From Myxococcota bacterium (GTDB lineage: Bacteria; Myxococcota_A; UBA9160; PR03), in assembly GCA_041611735.1 (NCBI GenBank), contig JBFIML010000001.1, positions 91,743 through 155,742 on the forward strand: 64,000 nucleotides of DNA, given 5' to 3'. This document shows positions 56,868 through 64,000 of this stretch, in pieces. Numbering within the stretch: the first letter of the stretch is position 1; each line of letters starts with the position of its first letter. The notes below the pieces were generated by a model. It worked only from the letters and a program-made list of their open reading frames with translations. It did no database searches and was not told the origin of the DNA. The position numbers and the translations under genes are program-made.

Positions 56868-58061
56868 ATGCACCTGCGTCCCAGCCAAGCCGATGAAGCC
56901 TTCCGGCGCGAGGTCTCCGCCTGGCTCGACGCGGAGCTCTCGGGCCCCTTCGCCGCGGTGCGCGGCCGGGGCGGACCCGGCGACGAGCACGCACTCCTCG
57001 ACGAGCGCCGCGCCTGGGAGCGTCGCCTGGGCGAGGCCGGCTGGATCGGCCTCGGCTGGCCCGCGCGCCATGGCGGCCGCGACGCGAGCCTGGCCCAGCA
57101 GGTGATCTTCCACGAGGAGTACGCGCGCGCCGGCGGACCGGGCCGCCTCGGCCACATCGGCGAGACGCTGCTCGCCCCGACGCTGCTGGCCTTCGGGAGC
57201 GACGCCCAGCGCGAGTGCTTCCTGCCGCCGATCCGGCGCGGGGAGGCGATCTGGTGCCAGGGCTACTCGGAGCCCAACGCCGGCTCCGACCTCGCCAACG
57301 TGCAGACCCGCGCCCGGCTCGAGGACGGCGAGTGGGTGCTCCACGGCCAGAAGGTCTGGACCTCCTGGGCCGAGTGGGCGGACTGGTGCTTCGTCCTGTG
57401 TCGCAGCGACCCCGAGGCGGTCCGGCACCGCGGACTCTCCTATCTGCTGGTGCCCATGCGCCAGCCCGGCATCGAGACCCGGCCCATCGTGCAGCTCACC
57501 GGCGACTCGGAGTTCAGCGAGGTCTTCTTCGACGGCGCGCGCACCGCCGCCGAGAACGTGGTGGGCGCGCCGGGTGACGGCTGGAAGGTCGCCATGGGGA
57601 CGCTCGCCTTCGAGCGCGGCGTCTCGACCCTGGGTCAGCAGCTCGCCTTCCGCAACGAGCTGGCCCGGGTGATCGAGGCCGCCCGCGCCAATGGCATGGC
57701 CCGCGACCCGCTGATGCGCCAGCGCATCGCCGACGCCTGGATCGGCCTCGAGATCATGCGCCACCTCGCGCTGCGGGTCTTCAGCGAGCCGGGTCGCAGC
57801 GAGCTCTCGCGCGCCGCCCTGATCAGCAAGCTCTACTGGGCCACCTGGCACCGGGATCTCGGCAAGCTCGCCCTCGACGTGCTCGGCCCCGAGGCGGAGA
57901 TTCTGGCGGGCGCCCCCTACCGGCTCACGGACCTCCAGCGTCTCTTCCTCTTCACGCGCTCGGACACCCTCTACGCCGGCTCGAACGAGATCCAGCGCAA
58001 CCTGATCGCCCAGCGCGCGCTCGGGCTGCCGCGCGAGCCGCGTCCGGAGCCCAGACCGTGA
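56868..58061 (+). CDS. ipdE1: Acyl-CoA dehydrogenase, IpdE1/FadE30-like
   Basis: RGRGGPGDEH, WCQGYSEPNAGSDLANVQT, GTLAFERGVSTLGQQ, LFLFTRSDTLYAGSNEIQRN. Confidence 0.78.
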   Translation: MHLRPSQADEAFRREVSAWLDAELSGPFAAVRGRGGPGDEHALLDERRAWERRLGEAGWIGLGWPARHGGRDASLAQQVIFHEEYARAGGPGRLGHIGETLLAPTLLAFGSDAQRECFLPPIRRGEAIWCQGYSEPNAGSDLANVQTRARLEDGEWVLHGQKVWTSWAEWADWCFVLCRSDPEAVRHRGLSYLLVPMRQPGIETRPIVQLTGDSEFSEVFFDGARTAAENVVGAPGDGWKVAMGTLAFERGVSTLGQQLAFRNELARVIEAARANGMARDPLMRQRIADAWIGLEIMRHLALRVFSEPGRSELSRAALISKLYWATWHRDLGKLALDVLGPEAEILAGAPYRLTDLQRLFLFTRSDTLYAGSNEIQRNLIAQRALGLPREPRPEPRP

Positions 58062-58840
58062 GCCGCAGCGTCCCGTCCTACCCGAAGGAGGGCCAGCTCC
58101 TGACCGGCAAGACCGTGCTCGTCACCGCCGCGGCGGGCACGGGGATCGGCTTTGCCACGGCGCGCCGCTGCGCCGAGGAGGGCGCCACGGTCATGCTGAG
58201 CGACCTCCACGAGCGGCGTCTGCTGGAGGCCGCGGCGGCGCTCGAGAAGCAGACCGGCCGGCGCCCGCCGAGCCGGCTCTGCGACGTGACCCGGGAGGAC
58301 GAGGTGCGCGCGCTGGTCGCCGCCGCCCTGCAGGCCCTGGGGCACGTGGACGTGCTCGTCAACAATGCGGGCCTCGGCGGCCATGCCCGGCTCGTGGACA
58401 TGACCGACGAGCAGTGGAGTCGCGTCCTCGACGTGACCCTCACCGGCACCTTCCGCATGACGCGCGCCGTCTTGCCCCACATGATGCAGCGCGGCCGCGG
58501 CGCCATCGTGAACAACGCTTCGGTGCTGGGCTGGCGGGCCCAGGAGGGGCAGGCCCACTACGCGGCGGCCAAGGCGGGCGTCATGGCGCTCACCCGCTGT
58601 GTGGCCCTGGAGGCCGCCGCGGCGGGCGTGCGCGTGAACGCCGTGGCCCCAAGCCTCGCCGTCCACGAGCACCTGGCCAAGGTGACGCCGCCGGGGCTCC
58701 TGGAAGAGCTCAGCGCCCGCGAGGCCTTCGGCCGCGCAGCGGAGCCCTGGGAGGTGGCCAACGTGATCGTCTTCCTGGCCAGCGACTACGCCTCGTACCT
58801 GACCGGCGAGGTGGTGTCCGTGAGCAGCCAGCACCCCTGA
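58058..58840 (+). CDS. ipdF: SDR oxidoreductase, IpdF-like
   Basis: VTAAAGTGIG, NNASVLGWRAQ..QAHYAAAKAG, REAFGRAAEPWEVA, VSVSSQHP. Confidence 0.82.
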   Translation: MSRSVPSYPKEGQLLTGKTVLVTAAAGTGIGFATARRCAEEGATVMLSDLHERRLLEAAAALEKQTGRRPPSRLCDVTREDEVRALVAAALQALGHVDVLVNNAGLGGHARLVDMTDEQWSRVLDVTLTGTFRMTRAVLPHMMQRGRGAIVNNASVLGWRAQEGQAHYAAAKAGVMALTRCVALEAAAAGVRVNAVAPSLAVHEHLAKVTPPGLLEELSAREAFGRAAEPWEVANVIVFLASDYASYLTGEVVSVSSQHP

Positions 58841-58850
58841 GGAGGCGCCC

Positions 58851-59324
58851 ATGCCGACCGTCTTCGCCACCCCCGCCGAGCTCGAGAAGGCCGTGGGCCA
58901 GCACCTGGGCTGGAGCGACTGGCTCGCCATCGACCAGGCGCGCATCGACCGCTTCGCCGAGGCCACCGGCGACCACCAGTGGATCCACGTGGACCCGGAG
59001 CGCGCCCGGCGCGGCCCCTTCGGCAGGACCATTGCCCACGGCTACCTGACCCAGTCGCTGGTGAGCCACTTCCTGCCCCAGATCCTGGAGGTGCGCGGCA
59101 TCGCCATGGGGATCAACTACGGGGCCGACCGCCTGCGCTTCCCGGCGCCCGTGCCCGTGGGCTCCCGGGTGCGCGGTGGCGCGGAGCTGCTCGCCGTGGA
59201 GCGCACCGGGGACGGCGCCTTCCAGGCCAGGTTCCGGGTCACCGTGGAGATCGAGGGCGGCGCCAAGCCCGCCTGCGTGATCGACACGATCGCCCGCTAC
59301 TACCCGCAAGGGAGCGCGTCGTGA
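58851..59324 (+). CDS. MaoC-family dehydratase
   Basis: FAEATGDHQWIHVDPERA, TIAHGYLT, NYG. Confidence 0.9.
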   Translation: MPTVFATPAELEKAVGQHLGWSDWLAIDQARIDRFAEATGDHQWIHVDPERARRGPFGRTIAHGYLTQSLVSHFLPQILEVRGIAMGINYGADRLRFPAPVPVGSRVRGGAELLAVERTGDGAFQARFRVTVEIEGGAKPACVIDTIARYYPQGSAS

Positions 59325-60193
59325 AGTTCTGGCAGGTGCTCTCGTTCTGCGAGCCCGAGCAGCTGGTGGAGGTGGCCCGGGCCGCCGAGGAGGCGGGCTT
59401 CCACGGCGTGCTGGTCTCGGACCACCTCTTCTTTCCTGGCAAGCTCCTCTCCCGCTATCCCTACGCCGAGGACGGCCGGCCCGGCTTCGACGCGGCGACG
59501 CCGTTCCCGGACCCCTGGGCCTGCATCGCCGCCATGGCCGCCGCCACCACGCGCCTGCGCTTCGGGACCATGGTCTACATCCTGCCGCTGCGGCACCCGC
59601 TCGAAGTGGCCAAGACCGTGGGCACCGTTTCGCTGCTCTCCGGCGGACGCGTGGCCCTGGGGGTGGGCGCCGGCTGGATCCGCGAGGAGTACGAGACGCT
59701 CGGCGTGGACTTCCGCACCCGGGGGCGGCGCATGGACGAGATGATCGGGGCGCTGCGCACCGTGTGGCGCGGCGGCCTGGTGGAGCACCACGGCGCCTGC
59801 TTCGACTTCGGCCCCCTGGCCATGAGCCCCGCCCCGGCGGCGCCCATCCCCATCTACGTGGGCGGGCTGGCGCCCCCGGCCCTGCGCCGGGCGGCGCGCC
59901 TGGGCGACGGCTGGATCGGGACCGGCCAGCAGCCCGACGAGGTGCCGGGGCTCCTCGCCGGGCTGCGCGAGCTGCGCCGGGCGGCGGGCCGGGAGCGCGA
60001 GCCCTTCGAGAGCATCGTGCCGCTGCTGGTGCCGCCGGACCCGGAGCTCTTGCGCCGCCTCGAGGCCGAGCACGGCATGACGGCCACCACCGCTTGGCCC
60101 TTCGCCTACACGATCGGGCCGGCATCCAGCCTGGCGCAGAAGCGCGACGCCATGCGCCGCTTCGCCGAGCAGGTGATCGCCCCGGTGGGCTGA
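59321..60193 (+). CDS. LLM-class oxidoreductase (F420-dependent-like subfamily)
   Basis: AEEAGF...SDH, FPDPW, ILPLRHP, GVGAGWIREEY, RRAARLGDGW. Confidence 0.85.
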   Translation: MKFWQVLSFCEPEQLVEVARAAEEAGFHGVLVSDHLFFPGKLLSRYPYAEDGRPGFDAATPFPDPWACIAAMAAATTRLRFGTMVYILPLRHPLEVAKTVGTVSLLSGGRVALGVGAGWIREEYETLGVDFRTRGRRMDEMIGALRTVWRGGLVEHHGACFDFGPLAMSPAPAAPIPIYVGGLAPPALRRAARLGDGWIGTGQQPDEVPGLLAGLRELRRAAGREREPFESIVPLLVPPDPELLRRLEAEHGMTATTAWPFAYTIGPASSLAQKRDAMRRFAEQVIAPVG

Positions 60194-60202
60194 GCGGCGG
60201 TC

Positions 60203-60997
60203 TCAGGCGCCCGGGGCGCCGCGGCTGATCTCGCCCGCGGTCTTGCCGCCCTCGACGGGGAAGTCGCCGCCGGTACAGGAGAGGCTCTCTTCCGAGGCCA
60301 GGAAGAGCACCAGCCGCGTCACGTCCCCGATGCGGTCCGCCACCGAGCGCCGCTTCTGGTAGGCCAGGGCCGGCTGCCCGTGGGCCGCCACCTTCTCCAC
60401 GTCCACCCCCGGCGGCACGTAGGGCCGCATCATGTCGGTGCTGCCGGCCTCCGGACACACGGCGTTGACCCGGATCCCGAACTTTCCCAACTCGAGGGCC
60501 GCCACCCTGGTCATCCCGCGCACGGCCCACTTGGTGGCGGCGTAGGCCACGACCCCGTTGTGGCCGCGCAGGCCGTCCACCGAGGAGATGTTCACGATGG
60601 AGCCGCCGCCGGCCCGCCTCATGGCCTCCACCACGGCGCGCATGCCAAGGAAGGTTCCCACCTGGTTCACCCGCACCACCCGCTCGTAGTCCTCCAGACG
60701 GGTATCGGCCAGGGCCGCCATGTGCAGGACGGCGGCGTTGTTGACCAGCACGTCCAGGCGTCCGAAGCGCTGCTCGGCGGCCTCCACCGCGTCGCGCCAG
60801 TCGGACTCCGAGGTGACGTCCAGGTGCCGGTAGCGGGCGCTCTCGCCCAGGTCCTTGGCCACCGCCTCGCCCTGGGCGTCCAGCACGTCGCCGAGCAGCA
60901 CGCGGGCCCCCTCCGCCGCGAATAGCCGCGCCGTGGCCTCCCCGGTGCCGCGGGCCGCGCCCGTCACGAGCGCCACCTTCCCGTCGAGTCGTCCCAT
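60203..60997 (-). CDS. SDR oxidoreductase, 3-alpha,20-beta-hydroxysteroid dehydrogenase-like
   Basis: MGRLDGKVALVTGAARGTG, VNQVGTFLGM, AYAATKWAVRGMT. Confidence 0.85.
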   Translation of the reverse strand: MGRLDGKVALVTGAARGTGEATARLFAAEGARVLLGDVLDAQGEAVAKDLGESARYRHLDVTSESDWRDAVEAAEQRFGRLDVLVNNAAVLHMAALADTRLEDYERVVRVNQVGTFLGMRAVVEAMRRAGGGSIVNISSVDGLRGHNGVVAYAATKWAVRGMTRVAALELGKFGIRVNAVCPEAGSTDMMRPYVPPGVDVEKVAAHGQPALAYQKRRSVADRIGDVTRLVLFLASEESLSCTGGDFPVEGGKTAGEISRGAPGA

Positions 60998-61026
60998 GCG
61001 TTGGGCGTCCTCCCGTCCGCGTCCGA

Positions 61027-63864
61027 TCAGAAGGTGTAGCGCAGCACCAGGAAGATCTCGTCGCGCTCCGCCACCGGCGAGAGGCCCTCGAAGCGCACCC
61101 GCTGCTGGAAGCCCCCTCCGTTGTTGCGCACGGCGGCCTGGCGCAGGGGAATCGGGCTCTTCTCGGGCCCGCCGTAGAAGATGGCGACGCCGGCCGTGGT
61201 CGAGAAGTTCGAGCTGAAGCGGTAGGTCACCTGGCCGATGGCGCCGCCGGAGGCCGAGCGCAGGTCGTGCACGAAGGTGACGGCCGGCAGCAGCCGATCC
61301 TGGACGTAGCCCGTGGCCACCGTGAAGGTCCCCAGGGCGGTGAAGGGGCCGTGGGTGCGGAAGGCGCCGTCGCCCCGGTAGTCGTCGATCCAGCGCAGGA
61401 ACCACTGCATGTTCAAGAAGAACGAGCGGCCGGGGTTCAGGAAGTTCACGAAGGTGGGCCGGTCCACGGAGACGGTCAGGTTGTAGCTGTCGGTGCGCGA
61501 GAAGCCCCGCGGCGCGTCCGTCACCGCGAAGGGCGTGTCGTCCACCCAGGTGAGCTCGAAGCCCCAGCTCGACTTGGTGCGGTCCTCGGCGAAGTCCATG
61601 GCGAAGCCGAGCACGTTGCGTTTCTCGTAGCGGAAGACGATCTCGGAGCCGCCGTGCCAGAGGAAGTCGCGCCGCCCCAGGCGGCCATCGCCGCCCGCGC
61701 GCCGCTCGGGCCGCTGCACGCCCGAAACGTCGAAGACGCCGCGCACGAAGAGGCACGTGACGGGGCTCGCCGGGTCGCAATCCTCGTCCAGCGGGCTGGC
61801 CGCACCGAGGGCGGTCAGGAACTGCAGGAAGTTGAAGGAGACGGCCCCCATCTCGGTCCGGAAGCCCGGCGGCGGCGTCCCGTCCACCTCCATCCGGTAG
61901 TCGGGATCGTCGGGGGCGCGCGCGCCGGGGAGCACCACGAGCCGGCCGCCCACGAAGCGGGTCGCCACCGGGGCGCCGGGCTCGAACTGGGGGAAGGCCT
62001 GGAGCAGCACGCTCGCCTCGGCGTGGAAGAGATCGATCCCCTCCACGTCGCAGTCGCTCTGGTAGAGGGGGCCGCAGCCGAGCAGCGCCTCCTGGGCGTC
62101 AGAGAGGAAGCTCGTGGCGCCCGAGGGGCCCAGCGGGCTGGCCCCGTCGGCAGGATCCTTCACCAGCTCGGCCAGGGTCACGTCGGCGGGCATGCCGGTG
62201 GCCGTGGTGATGATGAGTTCGGCGATCACCTCGCCACCGGCCGTGCCGCCGAGCACCTGGCTCAGGGCGAAGACCGGTGTCGCGAAGCCGGCCCCGGGGA
62301 TCACCGTGTCCTGGCTGTTGGGGAGGTCCAGGAGGCAGCGCTCGGCGATGGCGGGGTTGTCCGGCAGGACCGCCGCCGCCACCCCCACCGAGGCCGAGCA
62401 GAAGACGTCGAAGAGCTGGCGGTTGCCGCTGCCCAGGCCGAGCGCCGTCTCCGGCGCCAGCGGATTGCCGAGCAGGTCGAGGGGCGCCCCGCTCGCCGGG
62501 TCCACCCGCCGCGTGTACTCGTGGAAGAAGTCCACCACCGGCGCGTCGTCGAAGCCGTAGAAGTCGGTGACGGCGAAGCTGAAGCGGCCCCAGCGGAACT
62601 CCACCCGGGCTCCGCCCTCCAGGCCGCGCGTCGAGTCCCAGGGGTCCGGCGGCCGCTCCTCGCCGGCGATCCCGCTGCCGAGCAGGCCGTGGGCGAAGAG
62701 GCCGAACGTCTTGGCGCACAGCAGCCAGATCGTATAGGGCTCGCCGCAGCGCCCCAGGTCCACGGGCTCGAACTCGTCGTAGTTGGCGGCGAGCTCCAGG
62801 CGCACGTCCTGGAAGGGGCCCACCTCGTAGAAGGACCAGACGCCGCGCAGCGCCCAGAGCGCCAGGCGCGACTCCTCCAGGCTCGGGAGCGACGTCAGGG
62901 CCAGGTCCTGGGGGTTGAACTGGTCGCTGCTCCGGAAGAGCTCGGTCTTGCCCCACACGATGACCTGCCGGCCGGCGCGCAGCCACAGGCGGCCGTCGGA
63001 GGCCTCGAGGTCCAGGAAGAGCTCCCGGAGCTCGTTCTCGTCCTGGCCGGCGCCGTGGTTCCAGGCCAGCTCGGACTGGCTCAGGTGCTGGTCGAAGGAG
63101 TCGAAGTCCGCGATCCGCCCGCGCAGCGGGAGCGACGGCACGAACAGGCCCTGGGGCGCCGTCGGGTCGGGGCTCGCGTCGGGCACCGCCGGTCGCAGCG
63201 GGAGGGGCAGCGTGCGCGAGGGGTTCGCGCGCAGGCTGCCCAGGGGGCGCACGTCGTCCTCCGGGTGCCAGGGGCCCTGGGGAAACAGCTCCGGTGCGAT
63301 CGAGCCCTCGATCTTCTTGACCGCCACCCGCACGTCCAGCACCGGAGCGAAGGTCGGGTCGAAGTTCGGGGCGCCCAGGCGCTTGAGCCCGTCGATGGGT
63401 GGGATGTCCAGGGGCGAGACCAGGCGTCCGCTCTCGCCGTGGATGCGCGAAGGGGGCTCGAAGGCCAGGCGGCCCGAGAGGCCCGGGAAGACCGCGTCCG
63501 TCAGGTTCTCGGGGGCGCGGTTGGCCCGGTCGCCGAACAGCTTGAAGGGGCGTGAGAGTCCGCAGGCCGAGGTCCAGACGCAGTCGTAGCGGACCTCGCC
63601 CCGGGCGAAGAGGCCCACCTGGTCGAAGGGCCCGAAGCCCTGGGGTGCGAGATCCACCTCGAGCTCCAGGTTGAGCACGTTCGCCCACTGGCTCGGAAAC
63701 CAGCGCTCGCCGCGCCAGCCGTCGGAGAGGGCCCGGAGCTGGACCTCCCCGTAGCCGTGCAGCTCGACCCGCTCCCGGGCCCAGGCCGCCACGTCGGCGG
63801 GAGCCGGCGCGGGAGAGAGGACGAGGGCGGGGAGCAGGAGGACGAGGGCGTACGGGCGGATCAG
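61027..63864 (-). CDS. Large DUF1302-like outer-membrane protein, probable CTG start
   Basis: ELRELFLD, GRQVIVWGKTE, DQFNPQD, C-terminal LRYTF beta-signal; signal peptide lies upstream of GTG 63792. Confidence 0.75.
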   Translation of the reverse strand: MIRPYALVLLLPALVLSPAPAPADVAAWARERVELHGYGEVQLRALSDGWRGERWFPSQWANVLNLELEVDLAPQGFGPFDQVGLFARGEVRYDCVWTSACGLSRPFKLFGDRANRAPENLTDAVFPGLSGRLAFEPPSRIHGESGRLVSPLDIPPIDGLKRLGAPNFDPTFAPVLDVRVAVKKIEGSIAPELFPQGPWHPEDDVRPLGSLRANPSRTLPLPLRPAVPDASPDPTAPQGLFVPSLPLRGRIADFDSFDQHLSQSELAWNHGAGQDENELRELFLDLEASDGRLWLRAGRQVIVWGKTELFRSSDQFNPQDLALTSLPSLEESRLALWALRGVWSFYEVGPFQDVRLELAANYDEFEPVDLGRCGEPYTIWLLCAKTFGLFAHGLLGSGIAGEERPPDPWDSTRGLEGGARVEFRWGRFSFAVTDFYGFDDAPVVDFFHEYTRRVDPASGAPLDLLGNPLAPETALGLGSGNRQLFDVFCSASVGVAAAVLPDNPAIAERCLLDLPNSQDTVIPGAGFATPVFALSQVLGGTAGGEVIAELIITTATGMPADVTLAELVKDPADGASPLGPSGATSFLSDAQEALLGCGPLYQSDCDVEGIDLFHAEASVLLQAFPQFEPGAPVATRFVGGRLVVLPGARAPDDPDYRMEVDGTPPPGFRTEMGAVSFNFLQFLTALGAASPLDEDCDPASPVTCLFVRGVFDVSGVQRPERRAGGDGRLGRRDFLWHGGSEIVFRYEKRNVLGFAMDFAEDRTKSSWGFELTWVDDTPFAVTDAPRGFSRTDSYNLTVSVDRPTFVNFLNPGRSFFLNMQWFLRWIDDYRGDGAFRTHGPFTALGTFTVATGYVQDRLLPAVTFVHDLRSASGGAIGQVTYRFSSNFSTTAGVAIFYGGPEKSPIPLRQAAVRNNGGGFQQRVRFEGLSPVAERDEIFLVLRYTF

Positions 63865-64000
63865 TGGGGGTCGGGCCTCCGCCCCGCCGTGGCGTCAGCT
63901 CCCCCTGTGCGCTCCTCGCGCCCGCGCTGCCCCACGGCGAAGCCCCGTCCCCCGGCGGCCGATCCTACCACGGGCGCTCGGGCTCCGGGCCGCGGCCCCC

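Overview
Gene-dense, very GC-rich bacterial chromosome segment (about 70% or more by eye) with roughly 68 CDS. I found no rRNA, tRNA, CRISPR array, transposase or phage genes. Diderm hallmarks (PEP-CTERM proteins, a DUF1302-like outer-membrane protein, lipoproteins, c-type cytochromes) sit beside actinobacterial-style lipid/steroid catabolism genes, which suggests an uncultured Myxococcota/deltaproteobacterium-like organism (inference). Main blocks: (1) E. coli-type fumarate reductase frdABCD plus hsp20; (2) two paired (alpha/beta) acyl-CoA dehydrogenase loci; (3) many small accessory genes; (4) ilvD-pabB; (5) SDR, acyl-CoA racemase and a Tat-exported amidase; (6) a three-gene operon ending in an octaheme cytochrome c; (7) a TetR gene divergent from a KstD-like/SRPBCC/EthD/ADC/FadD19-like operon; (8) two PQQ-type dehydrogenases and a tandem PEP-CTERM pair behind a sigma-54 promoter; (9) a steroid C/D-ring (HIP) cluster, fadD3-ipdE1-ipdF-MaoC-LLM. 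Best non-obvious observations: a 22-bp motif shared (20/22) between the TetR/kstD-like and fadD3/ipdE1 divergent promoters, suggesting a non-KstR2 steroid regulon; a probable CTG start for the DUF1302-like gene; repeated leaderless-type promoters; a secreted His/Arg-rich tandem-repeat protein; and two gene remnants. All functional calls come from motif recognition only; no searches were run. I cannot claim any system is definitely undescribed.
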